Below are positions 1-13,121 of a stretch of 64,000 nucleotides of DNA, in pieces. The notes beneath the pieces are model-generated. The model saw nothing but the letters and a program-made list of their open reading frames with translations. It had not been told where the DNA came from and did no database searches. Origin of the DNA: Hydrolagus colliei. Lineage: Eukaryota. The position numbers were made by a program, and so were the translations under genes. The number at the start of each line of letters is the position of its first letter. The stretch's first letter is position 1. The stretch is from positions 15,934,001 to 15,998,000 of the forward strand of contig CM068749.1 of NCBI GenBank assembly GCA_035084275.1. Reading direction: 5' to 3'.

Positions 1-1953
1 GGATCCAATTCTAACCGATTTGAATGTTTCATGCAGGCCCTGTACAAAGTTCAGGCATCAGTTATTTTAACAAGTCGCTGTTGTTAATCAATCCATCCAT
101 TTATTATGGTCCACTCCATAATCTCCAATGGTTGTGACTATTCTATGTATATCACTGTCTCTAATTAAATGGAGGGAGGAATATGGCACTCTCTTGGAAA
201 GTGAAGAGATGCCTTTGTGTTGAAGTGTTTTAGGTACTGAAATCAAGTGGCCATCAATGTATACAGTCGGCCAGATTATGATTAGAACACAAAGAGTGGT
301 AACCTTTTTTTTCATTGAAAAGGAGAGTGTTATTTTTGTACAGGCTAGGATTTATGCACAGGCTTATTGCATCATCAGTGAGATTATGAGATAGCAATTT
401 GATCGTGCACTCTTTATACCGTAATGCTTTACATATATGTTTGTCCGAACCTGAATTATGGAGATTATTGTTCTTTTTGTCATAATGCATCACTGGTTCC
501 CACTGCCTGCATTTCAATTATACTACAGTATATATGAAAACAATTTGCACAAAATGATTTCTTGAATCCAGGTAGGATCTTATAATGGGTTGATACTTTA
601 ATGTAAATCCACCAACAATTTCCAACTTTCAGTTGAAATTTGCTTCAAGCATATTGAATAGGTATGATTTTCTCTCTTTTGTAGTCTGTTTTCTGGTTTA
701 CCTCTTCCTTGTCTCTTTTGCTCTCCATATGGCCTTGATGTCAAAATATATTTTTGGTCCACAGTAAATCACAAACTTATTTTTTTCCAGAAGAAGGTGC
801 AAAGGTGCTGTAACTGATCCCTTGGAGTCCAACTGTTGTATTCTGTTTCCTTTTGCTTTCCGAATTTTCTACCATCAATAAGATGATTTCAGTGTGTTTT
901 TCTATGAGGAGTGGAGTTCCAAATCGTAAATCACTACTAAAGCCTGCAATAGTTCTTGACCTGTACAAGCAACAGGGATTACTTAGTGATTATGCTGATG
1001 TAAAGTAAATTGAGTACAGATATTCACAGCTGATTGTACAAACTCAGATACAAACACCAGCACAATGTTGAGCTACAACTACATGAAGCACAGCTATATT
1101 AACTTGTTTTATAGACTAAACCAATTCCTGAGATTCCAGAGCACTTCACCACAGGAAGCTCAGTTTTGAACATCATTCAGCACCTTGCAGCAGCCTCTTT
1201 TTTTCAATCTTCCAATGTCTCAGTGAGTCAGGATAGCTCCTGGAGTGACTCTGAGCCATACAGAGTGCAAAGATCCTGGTATCCATTTGAATTCACTTAT
1301 CTCAGTCGAAGCTTCATACCTTGCTCTGTCGGAATACTATGATTAAACGTAACATATCAGAGGCTAAGGATGAGATACATTAGCTAGCACCGCCATTTAA
1401 TTATTCCTTTCCAATGACTTTCCCACACACACCCAATCCTACTCCAGACCCTTAGACGTGGGGTGGGGTAAATCACTGGAGGAATAAATAGATGGGAGTC
1501 CCAGCTAATTTAGTCCAGAACTAAGCCTGTAAGTGGCAATGACAGGGTTGGGTTGAGTTTAGCTTCTTTGGTCACTCAGTTGAATAAACTGATAGGCAGG
1601 GTCATTTTTCCCCATGTTTTCACAAGTTGTTCACTGTAGTGTAAAGTGAATGCAATTGCTTGCTAAACATACTTATTTTGTACAGGATCCGATCTTTTTC
1701 GCCCTGTTTTCTTGGTTCGCTGTTTATTTGAAGGCAATGCTAAGACAATGAATTACGATTTGAAGAACACTGGTAGCAATTCAATGCCTCAAGTTGGCAA
1801 CAATCATCAATCTCGACGAGCCTCAACAGTGGGTGTAACTGACAATTGAACCAGGGAGGAGAGAATTGAGGTGGGGGAGAGAGGAAATGTCAAAACTAAA
1901 CCTGAGTCAACATCCACAGGCACACATCCAGCAAAATCTCTGAAAGGGGATCT

Positions 1954-1983
1954 GGGGTGGGGTGGGGTGGGGTGGGGTGGGGG
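1954..1983 (+). repeat. (GGGGT)n pentamer microsatellite, G-quadruplex-forming motif
   Basis: ggggtggggtggggtggggtggggtggggg read directly. Confidence 0.85.
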
Positions 1984-2949
1984 CAGTAAGATCAATTGTA
2001 GAGCTTCCATCATAATAGAGTATAATAGATAACTGACCATAGATCAACCTAGGATCCAGTAGGATCTTTACTGGTCCATATTGGCTCAGTACCCCACTGT
2101 TTACTAATTAATTAGGGTCTGTTTACTGGGCCTTGTTGAATCCCGCCATGTTCTGCACCACTGGACTAGTACAATATTAAACTTTTGAGCTGATGCAAAC
2201 CCAATTCACTTTTCTTAAAGGTCTTTGGGAATAAAACATATTTTACATTGCATTACACACAATTCATGGCAGTTAACGAGACTTGAGCAGCAATAAATAA
2301 TTATCTTCGCAGCTACAGGAGCTGTGTGTCAACATTTTTAATTTGGCTTGCATCTGGGTTAGGGTTGAAGAAAGTCTCACCCACAGAAATCATGGCGTGC
2401 GATGAACTGTGTGCTATTTAGGTCTATTTCAAAAGAAAACATTGGCGTTGAGAAGCCGCTGGGATATAAATAAATGCACGTCATCTCTCATGGCGCATGG
2501 AAAAGTATTAAATAGCTTTATCTTGGAGTGAGAGGTTGCATTATTCATGACATGTTATGTATTCTAATGCAATGCTATATACTAACTACAGTAAACCCTG
2601 GTAATCAAGACTAGATTAAAATCAATACTCTCTTTTGCACACCGAGGGCATAGCTGTCAACCCCACTGGGAATCCAGGGCTCCAAATCAAAAGGAAAAGC
2701 TTGCAAACAAATTAAACTGGTACAGATTTAAAAACGATAAGAGTTCAAATGATCGTGTAAGCTGCTGTATCTTTGGCACTCTTGCTTTGTAGGAGACAAA
2801 AATCGGAATCGGTGAACTCAATTGGAATGTTTTCAGCTCACTCCCTGGTTTACTCATCCGTTTTCCCGACTGGTGTGATTTGGTGTGTGAGGCATTCATT
2901 GCTGTCATCCAGCAACAGTGATAATAAATAAGTCTGGGGGTTTGTCCCC

Positions 2950-5350
2950 CCCCACCACACACACACACACACAGAAGAGAGAGAGGACACTCACTGGCAA
3001 TGGGCGCCTGTGTCGCGTCCCCACATTTCCAACATCCACCAAAGGCAATGTATCCATTTTGCACCATGTTTCTATTTGACTTTTCTCTCCATTTTTTTTT
3101 TTTTTTTGGGGGGGGGGGGGGGCACTTTTTTGTTGGAGCTCTGCCTATGAATGATGCAAGGGAGGAGGAGGTGGGGGAGGAGAGAGAAAAAAAAAGAAAG
3201 CGATTCTGAAGGTGAATCTTGTTAAAATCGACTGCGGGCTGGGGAGGAGGCAGTCAGGCTGGTGGCAGTTATGTTAATTCCCCCTCCGTGGATTTCACAG
3301 TGGAGTCCACCGGCGTCAGGAGTGGCGAGAGCTTTGCGTTTGAAGAATAATTTTTATTTGAACAGTATGAATTATTGTGTTCATTTTGAATTCTCTAGGT
3401 TCGCGATAGGCGCAGTGGCAAACAAAAGGCTAAACTGGCCTTTCCCCCCCCCCCCCCCCCCCCCACCTCTTTACCCCCCCCCACCTCTTTACCCCCCCCC
3501 CCCCCACCTCTTTACCCCCCCCCCCCCCCTCTCTCCCGTCCCCCCTTGGCAATTTCGGTTCGTTGGCCATTAAATGTTACCTTTTATCGCACATCTGAGA
3601 AGGAAGAGGCTCTTATTGGACGCGTTGGCAAATCCCCCCATTTGAATAAAGATAAGTTTAAACTGGAGTTAAACTTATTCATGGGGCCACGGTCAGGACT
3701 GCATTGGGGGGAAATTATCCAATCAAAAATATCTCCTCCTGGTGTCATATGAAGATGAGTGTGTCACTTAAGTTTGGATGCTTTTTTTTCCAATCTTCAT
3801 GTGGAAAATGAGGATTTTTTGGGGGGAGGATGGAGGGGTGGGGGGGGGGGGGGGGAGACGACGACACAAACACAGAGAGAGAGAGATAGGTGAAGTTAAG
3901 GACAAGCCACGACACAGAGTGAAATTATAGCAACTTCCTCAGACTCACTGAGGTTTCAGACAGACGCTTGGTGTGACACCGAGCTCCGTGCCAACGCAAT
4001 GGGCACCTGTGCTGATGACAATCCTTCGGTTTACACGGTATATAGCGCTTCCCACGTCTTATCGACGTCTCGAAGCGCTTACCCGGATTCAACCCTCCAG
4101 TAAATCCAGTCCCTCCCGTCAAGTACTGGATTCGCGGATTTCAGCCGGGACGGGACAACATGGAAAGGAATCAGGTGCCGGCGATGCCACGAAGGGAAGT
4201 GGAGAGAAAAAAAAATCGGCGAGAGAGGGAGAGAGGGAGGGAGGGAGAGAGAGAAATAATTGCTTTATTCTGAAACTATTTCTGTTACTCAATAAATTAA
4301 CTCGTGGCGTCGCAGAACAAACACTGGCGTGAACGCGCAGAAATGGAGATAATGCTGGGGGGGGGGGGGGTATTTTTTTTACGAAGTCTTATTAAGTCTC
4401 GGGTGGGCAGGACGCGAGTTTTGCAACTAGCCTTTCGTGTTAGAGGAATAGGACAAGCCCAGCCTGATTTACTTGCGCCAAAGGCGCTGCCCGAGTCCCC
4501 CGCAGTTTGTCCCCCGAGTCTGATGGTATTTTTAACTGTGAGCGACGAGACACGAGTCACATTGAAGCGGGGAAGCGTCACATTGTTTTCAAGGCAGTTT
4601 GGTATCTGTCTGTCCACCAGGGCAGCCTCGGCTGACTTCCTTTCCAGTGTGTAGCGTTGTGTGACCGTTACATTGGGTGTGTTTCACTTTCACGGGAAGG
4701 TCCCGCCGTGTGGAGAGGTTGACATCGTAGGAATCTGGGTATTTGGGGTCCAGCGCTTCAAATTGAACGTTTCATGAAGTTTCAGGCCCCGCGTAATCGC
4801 AGTTACATTCTTGGCACTCGCCGCATCCCATTCATCAAACAGGGCCTTGCAATAACATTTCACCCCGTTTGAAAATACTTCCCCACGTGGACTGAAAAGA
4901 ATCTGAAATGCCTTGAGTGTGCATCCTTCTTCTTAATTGAAATAAACCGGTTTAAGCAACTGTCATTCCTGTAGCAAATTATTATCCGCGGTGTGCACAA
5001 AAAAACGCGCAAACAGAAACAATAAAATATTCAGTTTTGCTCCTCTGGGCGAGGACTTGTGTGGTGTGTTGCCCAACGCTGATTTAATTGCTCTTCCCCG
5101 CGGATCTCTCAGCGCTGCTCTGATTTGGGTTTTGCAAGCGGAGTGTATAAACGGAAACGAGGAAGCGGTGAAGGGCGCGTCTGCTGTGTGTAAGTCGTGA
5201 GGTCCAGTGCGGTCTCTTTGCAGCCTATCTTCACCGCACCCTCGCCGTTTCAAAGGCTTCGCCGAAATCACTGCTGAACAAACTCACTGTTTGGGTCTCG
5301 GTGCAATCTTCATCATGACCAGCAAAGAAATCCAGTGAGATGACACACCC
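2950..5350. promoter_or_regulatory. CpG-rich putative promoter / first-exon region of an unidentified gene
   Basis: CpGs are visibly much denser than in the CpG-depleted flanks (e.g. 4060-4200, 4300-4580, 4980-5270). The region has poly-G/C tracts, purine-rich UTR-like stretches, TATAAA near 5146, a + strand donor GTAAGT at 5190-5195 and minus-strand GTGAGT donors near 2990 and 3950. CpG o/e was not computed. Confidence 0.6.
3443..3529 (+). repeat. C-rich short tandem repeat (ACCTCTTTA + C-run) x3 within poly-C
   Basis: Three copies of acctctttaccccccc separated by variable C runs; explains the proline-rich ORF 3262..3573. Confidence 0.85.
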
Positions 5351-7790
5351 ATCGCTGATGAGAATACATCTGAGGACGTGGGATTTGACTGCAATTTAAT
5401 TGTAAAATTAAACCGGGGGAATGGGGGATGTATTTAGATCAACTGGTGAAATCTAGCCTGTGTAGTTTCACCTGTGAGTGTAAGAACTTTAGCCCACCCA
5501 TTAAACACATGTGGGTTTGGTGCTGTCAAGCTTTGCACTCTTCAAATTGAGACGTGTCGCCAGAGAAAATGAGTGGAGCACACACCAAAATGATCATTTC
5601 TAATCTCGGCTTTCGGTCTGTGGCTAGTTTCTTTCTGGATCAGGATCACCGAGGGTTCAGGACTTGATGGAAGATGTGAAATTAAACCTCTTACTTGACA
5701 AACCCGAACAAAGTGAAATAGGAAATGATAAATAGCTGTCAACCATAGTTGACAGAAAGCCAAAGGAAAAACAAACACCGCTAACAGTTCCACTCTCTTC
5801 TCGAGTTTGAACAATCCTTTGCTTAAGTCAACTGCATTTGGCAGTTTCCCCAGCCAGAGTCGGGGAATGGATCAAACTTTGTTCCCCCCTTTCTTTTTTG
5901 AGAAGTACACAAGCCTTTTGCGTTTGATTTTATTGAGTGTTACACAACAAAATTCAGAATAAGAAACTCCGTGAAGGCTTGAGGGATTTGGGTTCCATTT
6001 AAATAAGAAACCATGTTACAGCAACAGCACGTTTGAGAATTACATGCCCTCCCCCCCCGGGCTGACTTTTATTGACCTCCTCCCCATTAACCCCAAGACC
6101 AATGACTGGGGCGTTAAGCGTAGTTGCGTTTCTATAATACGACCATAGTATTAAAGTATATATATTTTAGAAAATTCTGAGCTATCAAATGTAACATTTT
6201 ATGCGTATTTTATTTTCTCTTTCTGCCATTACTCACTGTTTGGTTTTCTAGATTATTGATTTGAATTCACGTTCTGCCTTATTTCTTTTACTCAAATTCA
6301 CCCCCCTTCGCTTTGGCCTTTAGTGATTCCCTGTCTGCTCTCAAATCCAGAACCACCATCCAGAATTTACCGTCCATCAGTAATTAGCACCCCGGGAGAA
6401 AGAAAAGATTCCAATGTGTGTGTTTTTTTTAAAGTCAATTGGGAGATGGATTATTAAAGTTTGACCTGATTTCATGATCAGAGCATCGGGTCATATGTTC
6501 GAGCTCGTGTCTTAGCTGTTTCTGCTGGCTTTAGGAAGTGAGCTAACTGGATTGCAGCCTAGTTAAGCGGATGTGCTGAAGTCAGTCACTGTCGTGTCAG
6601 AGGTGCAGGGGTTAATCAGAGTCTACAGGATATATGTTTTCAGATGTATTGATACTGATCTGTCGCACATCTGCAAAGCGAATGCACAATTTAATTACTC
6701 GAGGCAATTCTCATGTGTAGGCAGATCCCAGTTTGACGACTGATCTTTAATTTTTCACCTATATTAAACTATTGGTTCCAGTTATCTGGAAGAAGTGAGG
6801 GGGGATGGTGGTGGGGAGGGGGCGGCTGACCACTGTAAGACATTCCATTCGTTATTATACCGAGCTGTAAAGGGAGAAATATAGTATTTCTCTCCTATTG
6901 AGTGATGGCAGTGAATGCTCCAAGCTGTCCTTGAGAAACCGTGTGAATGTGAAACAGAGTGTAACGCTTGCTTCAGAGATATTGCAGCTAGGATTCACAT
7001 TCACAGTTATTTTCATGCCTGTAATGTATTTTTTTTCTTGAATGCTCAGAAGTGAGAACTGTCAGAAAGACGTCTGCTGAGGATTGTGGCTTTATTGAGC
7101 TTTGCAAGAGCAGAGACACTATCTGTGACTGTTTGCCTTTCAACTGTGTGATATGTCTGCATGATTTTTGCAAAGGTTAAGATGAACCTCGGGTCTCTGG
7201 ATGGTATATTTGTTTTCAAATGAGTTTGTGTAGGTTTAACAAATAAGAAAAACAGGTTGTGCCTTTCACAACCAGGTTAGACAGCTCTTCATCAAAGGGG
7301 AAACTCAACGGGTTTCAATGAGCTCGTATTTAATGCACACAACACTCTTCCATCGCTGTACCGAGTTCCCAGCTTTGCCATTCTATCGACACAGAAAACA
7401 CGGGTTTTAAAGTCAGTGATTTCTCACTTGCTGATCAGAATCATTAACGGCTTTGCATTGTTGGAGGTCATCGAATGATGATATCACATATCTGGGCATT
7501 GCTGGTTTAAACACTCAGGAAAATGAGACACGTCAACATTGGCGACCTTTTTAACGTCTCGATCTCTATTTACAAAAGCAGCTTTTTGGCAGCGTTTGAA
7601 ACAGAAATCAGGGGGTCCTTTGTGCTCAGAGTCGTTCTGCACTCTGCTGACAGACAAAAAAACAAGAGGAACGTGAAACTCCGAGCTCTACTATTTCCAT
7701 CCACATTCACTGGCACCGCACAAGCTTGGCAAACCAAACGTGTTTATTTTCCAAGCTCTTGCAGGAGAGAATTGCTCGTTCTGTGAATTC

Positions 7791-7937
7791 TGCCCCCGCC
7801 CTCCCCACCACTGCCCCCCCGCCCTCCCCACCACTGCCCCCCCGCCCTCCCCACCACTGCCCCCCCCGCCCTCCCCACCACTGCCCCCCCGCCCTCCCCA
7901 CCACTGCCCCCCCGCCCTCCCCACCACTGCCCCCGCC
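7791..7937 (+). repeat. 23-bp minisatellite GCCCTCCCCACCACTGCCCCCCC, about 6 copies
   Basis: Near-identical units differing only in C-run length; explains the overlapping Pro/Gly-rich ORFs at 7691-8294. Confidence 0.95.
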
Positions 7938-10193
7938 ACCCACAACCATCACCTTTTGCACACTTGGGGGGGGGGGGGGGGGGGAGTTGTTTTAAACTTA
8001 TTTTTTGTGCCTATTTTGTTACTGGTAACAGGAGTCACCAATCCCCCCCCCCCCCCCGAAAAAAAGGGGGCAAAGAACCACCCAGCTGTACATCCACAGG
8101 CAACTAAAATACAGTCCCTGACACCGAAGACAATGAGTTCTTCACCTACACACATCACCGCTGGCTGGGAGAGCGTCCTCTCATCATCCCACTCTCAAAA
8201 CCTTATCCGGGGTCTTTGTTTGGCACCCAACTCCGTTGACCCAACCAGGATTAGACCCTCTCCCCAAGTGGGAGTTTGCGAGAGGGAACTCTAGCCTGGA
8301 GCACTGTGTGTTGTTACACCAGCCTCGTTGTGCCAGCGGGCTGACAACTCAACTGTGAATTCAGCCTTCGAGATCAGTCACACAGATTGAAGGCGCGCGG
8401 AAAAAAAACCCAGAGTGTGTGTGTGTTTTTTCTGTAGCTGGCCGTGGTTGCACTAAGGAAGTGGCTACTCGTTGAGGCTGTTTTGTTGTTTGGATTTACA
8501 CCACAGCGTTAAACGCGGGACAATAAAAACTTTGTAAAACTCGGTGTCTCTTAAATGCTGTTGGAATGTTGCATCAACCAACCAACCAACCAACCTGTTG
8601 GTCCAAAGTGCTCGTCTTTGGAGGTTCACTATTGTCATGGTGTCAACTCTTCTGTTTTACTGATAGCAAGGAATGCAGACAATAGATCCATATCAGATCT
8701 TGCTGCTTTGGAGAGTTAGTTGTGCTGATGACATATTTGGGAACAGTTGTTTGAACCAATGTCCAGTTTTTTTAAATAAAAAATCAATTTAGGTTTTCTA
8801 TCGACGTATTTTTTATTTCTTGTTTAAACCTGAGGGATATCATCGGCATCTCAGTAGCAAATCGGTTTGGTAATAAGCAGTCCCGTGCACTTGGAGACAA
8901 TTAACTTTTAAATAACATTGCGTTCAGAGTGATACGCACCGGATTGCATTGCAGTCAGTTGAGGTGGACTCGGGGACAATCCCTTAATACGATTGAATAG
9001 CATTTATTTAGTCCAGAGCCACAGACGTTTGGTGTGAGCGGGGGATGTGTCTTGTGTGCTTTTAGTCTCAGGTTTAGGAGAGGGAGAGAGAGCTTGGGCG
9101 ACATACATATGGCACTGAACGCATTGCCAGACTTCTCGTCTCATCTGGTTTCATTGCAAATAGTAAAATCACTTCCTCCTGGAAAGTGATTTCAGAGATC
9201 TGCCCTACGGTGATGAACGTGTAAGAAACAGGAGCTTTATAAATAAATCATTATTTTGGTGGAGACTATATGATGTTTAAACCCTTTTTACTGTACGACA
9301 CCATTGCTGCTTCGGGGTAGTTTCAGATCAGACGCAAACAAATGTTGCCTTGAAGATTTACCATTTTTATCCTATCCTCTACCCCCCCAATCGTAGCACA
9401 AGTTACTGTTGTATGAAAAAGAAACTGGAATTTCTCCACAATGTACCCGAAAACTGTGTAATGAGCGATATTAACACTAGCAAAGAAAGATTAGCAAGCT
9501 TCATGTCACTTCGACTGAACACCAAAAGTTAGAGATACTCGTGTTGACAGCTTAGTTTTTTAAATATTGGTAGAAAAATGAAAAGGTCACGGAATTAGCC
9601 GAATAAAACAAACTGTGACACTGGTGAAGGAGGTGGGAGGTGTGGGGTTGGGTGGTGGTGGGCTGGGGGGGGGGGGGGGGGGTCTAAAGAATGAATGATA
9701 CACTACAAATGTATTGTCCTTGTCTCAATTAGTTTTTTTTAATTCATTCTTCTGATCAGGTTGCAAGAAAGGATTATTATTATTATTGAAGTGTGAATGA
9801 TGTGAAACATCTTTTCTTTTTTAAAACAAATGCTCAGTGCAACCACAACTGGTGAGATAACGAATGAAAGAATGTGCTGCGTATTTTCCATACAGATTTT
9901 TTTTTGCTGGCTGTTGCTGATCTCCCTGGTGTGGTATGAACAGAGAGAGTGCTGCAGCTCTTCTAAATCATTCCAGATCTGACAGACCTCGCTAATCCAG
10001 TCCATGCTTTCCATTTACTCTGCGTCTTGCAACTGTGCCAGATTAATTCAAATGTATCTATTCAAGTGGAGATAATCAATGCAAATCACTGTGACTAGGC
10101 TGCACAAATGGGGTATGTTTGATTCACAAAGAGGCCTTAGCTTCAGGAGGTCAGTCGTTCACCAGTCCTCCCATTCTGTTTCTTCTATTGCAG

Positions 10194-10308
10194 GACGGCA
10201 GGTCACACAGAGTGACTGAACGCTGAATTTCCTACACTTCCACTGGCTTGCCTTTCCTTTCAGCTTTCCTTTTGAGGATCTAGATTCCTGCTTGCTGTCT
10301 TTTAAAAG
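10194..10308 (+). other. Candidate non-coding (5'UTR-type) exon, 115 nt
   Basis: Strong acceptor (ccattctgtttcttctattgcag) and donor (AAG|gtaggt); no recognisable protein; no transcript evidence. Confidence 0.45.
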
Positions 10309-12519
10309 GTAGGTCCAGTGCTTCTGACGTCTAGCTATTCATTAGAGATTCAACTTCATTACAGTTTGTTTCTATAAATGTTCTTCTGGCAGTGCTGGAC
10401 AGACAGGCTGTTAAGATGTGAAAAATGGGGAAAAAAAACGGTACAGTTTCCAAGGATGTCATTTTCTAACTCTTGTTTTTTTTCATCTCGAGAGCTTACA
10501 TGTAATTATGAAGTTAACTTCAATAAAAAGGTGTTCTGTTAAGCAATGAGATCTGCTAAGGCAAAACGCTGAAGACCGTTCTTTCATATATATGGTAATT
10601 ACAGGGCTATCCAGCTGCTACCTGCTAATCATTACTTATGGCATTAAAGAATGATTAGCTCTGTATACTTTACAAGTTTTTAATATTGTAATTAAGAATG
10701 AAACTCTCTTCGCCAAGGGACCAGCAAGGCGATGTTAATACCAAAAGGAGAGTGTTTCAGAAACAGTGTAAAACGGAATAAATGTTGCTGGATTTTCTTT
10801 ATAGTTAAACCAGCACAGCAGTACAGCTACGGGCAGTCAAAGTATTTACATTTCATAGGTGACGAATGATGTTAAACAGGGTGAGGGTAAAACCTTCACC
10901 ATCAAGTAGGAGAAGTATGAGACATTATTACTTTTCTTTAAACTCCGCTGAATGATTGCCCATTGAAACCTTTCAAAGACTCATAAAATTTATATTCTGT
11001 CATACTTAAATGTCTATCACATCATATGAGATTGTGCTTGGTTTTTATAAATACCTACAAGACTTTTAAGATGTGGGGCACAAGATTGCGTCTCCCTTTG
11101 TTGTAAGTTGCCTCCTTTGAACAAATGAAACCTCTGCAGTTTTTACATTTTGAGTTCGCTGCAGAAGTAATGTGTCAGTCTTCTGTCACTTTCTAAGTAA
11201 TTTAAATACATCTGCAATCATGTAGCTTATGTAAAAAAAAACGCGTCCAAGTGCTGAACATGGCAGCAGGATTGTCCCATTGTCCACATTACACTCTGGA
11301 GTAGTGTACAGAGAATGTAGATATGGTATTTCTGCTTCTCTATGGTCTGATGAGCCTATTAGTATACAGGGAGGAAGAATGCTACATCAAAGGTGGTTGA
11401 AAACGAAATGAGTCTTGTGGTGTTTTGCATGAAAGCGGCCTGCCTCAGTATGAAAATAATTTTGGTTGCTTTTATGTTTTAATATCTGGAAGGATTTTTT
11501 CAATATAAAACCACTAAAGAGTCTCTTGACCTTTGACAAGTTCATTGAGATGTTTACAGTTCAGCTATTTCAATTGGAAACCATGCAAGAAAAATAATCA
11601 TTAAAATATGGATGCAATATGCTCGAATCTGGTATACATTACTATAATTGTTACCAGCGAGGCCCACGGATGCTTTCGGCTGCCGCTCTCAGTAACTGAG
11701 TCTAGAGAGGGCCGGCTATTCTTTGAGCAAGCACCATTTACTGATGATGTAACCACCTTTACGTCATGATGTCTGAATGGTGTTACAAGCAGAAGGTTCT
11801 GATTTGTGAGGCACAGATGCTTTACCACCAAGCAACCCCTTCAAGTTATTGCTGCACATGTAAGAATAATTTTTCAGCAATAAAGTGCTTAGGCTTTTCC
11901 CGGCACTGGCGTCCAAATATAGCAGATTGACTGAAGTTTCCTTTCTAAGCATTGGGCGTAACATATGTGGAGCAGATAAATGTTCCACAGCAACAGAACT
12001 TTCTTTGCAATCTCAGCAGCGGAAACGGGAAGTGTGGGGGTGGGAGGGGAGAGCTTGAAATAATCTTGATAGAACTTTACACTTAATTATAATGCCTTCT
12101 TACTCCACCACAGAATGCAATGATTCATTCTGGACACAGTTCCATATATTCTGATGGTTCTCTATTCCCTTGACCAAGTGAACTTTCGCAATGTGGACTT
12201 GTGAGTGCCATTTACTATAAGGTAGTCTGAGCCAAGTTCAATACAATCCTTGCCTGATCTCCCTGCAATGACTACTGGATTGTGATCAAGTACCCTAAGT
12301 TATGTTCTCCCATGTAGACTCTCCCAGTTATGGCTTAGATAAACTAACTCAGCAAAGATCCAAAATGAAACTCTGTTTTAGTACCTCTTCAAATTTCATC
12401 CACTAAAAGTTAATAATGTAAGTTATTGGGGGAGCAAATACACCCGCCTGTTTGCTGAAAATGCATGGCCATCAGTCAGTGAAGCCATTGCCAGATCAAT
12501 ATGAAACTAAACCACAGAA

Positions 12520-12670
12520 AGCAGCAAAGTTCTAGGTCTATGCCCAGTTAACTAATTCCAGCTCAATTGGAAGTGCAAGAGGAGCACTGTGCTTGGCTTC
12601 AGGATCCCTGAATCAGCCAGAATTCCCACTCTCCTGATGTCCATCCAGTGCCCCTCCGCTGAAATATGTG
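12520..12670 (+). mobile_element. Fragment of ancient tRNA-SINE family (AmnSINE2-like)
   Basis: aatcagccagaattcccactctcctgatgtccatccagtgcccc resembles the copies at 19780-20035 and 50970-51200. Confidence 0.5.
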
Positions 12671-12724
12671 AATATGGTATTATTCGTCATCCCTATCTGC
12701 CAGCAACAAGCCTTTCGATTTCAT

Positions 12725-12956
12725 CCCATAAACCCTTTGCCTTTGCCTCTTTCAAGGCCCAACTCAAGACCCTCCTTTTCAACCGTGCCTTCATCCGCCC
12801 TCTTACCTCTCTGCCCTCCCTCATGCCAACACTTTCCCCCCCACCACCACCACCTGCCCCCCTCCAGTACACTCAGGTCTGGACCCTGACTGTGCCTTGG
12901 GATGTCCTCCTGACATGAAAGGCACACTACAAATGTAATTTTTTGTTGTTGTTGAT
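12725..12956 (+). mobile_element. L2-clade LINE 3' end
   Basis: Translates ASFKAQLKTLLFNRAF (L2 ORF2 C-terminal FKxxLKTxLF motif), followed by tail gggatgtcctcctgacatgaaaggc...aaatgtaa(ttg)n. Confidence 0.85.
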
Positions 12957-12976
12957 TGTGACTTGTGTCATATTGT

Positions 12977-13121
12977 CAAGCAGTACTTTGATAGTAATCC
13001 TGTTGATTTCCCTCTCCCCCCAAAAAAAACACTCTTCCGCATTAACCTATATGTTATAAGGTAGTTGATTTCTAACATAAAATTAAATGAATGTGTTGAG
13101 TTATACAGCCTCTACATTGTG
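12977..13121 (+). repeat. Diverged direct repeat, copy 1
   Basis: Aligns with 13617-13766; core gtagttgatttctaaca[t/g]aaaattaaatgaa[t/g]gtgttgagttat is 42/44 identical. Confidence 0.9.

Noticed and set aside
1177-1196. REST/RE1-like TTCAGCACC
   Set aside because: Left half-site only; the right half GGACAG is absent
3973-4332. 119-aa ORF in the CpG region
   Set aside because: No recognisable domain, and 4038-4083 resembles a reversed retroposon tail (tatatagcgcttcccacgtc...gacgtctcgaagcgctt)
7791-7937. CRISPR-like array
   Set aside because: Units are contiguous with no unique spacers, there are no cas genes and the context is eukaryotic
7691-8294. Pro/Gly-rich ORFs resembling extensin or formin
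   Set aside because: Translation of the 23-bp minisatellite and poly-C/G tracts; open in most frames on both strands
9739-10014. Minus-strand ORF MESMDWISEVCQIWNDLEELQ...
   Set aside because: Protein-like start but no recognisable family or exon structure; it ends in low-complexity sequence
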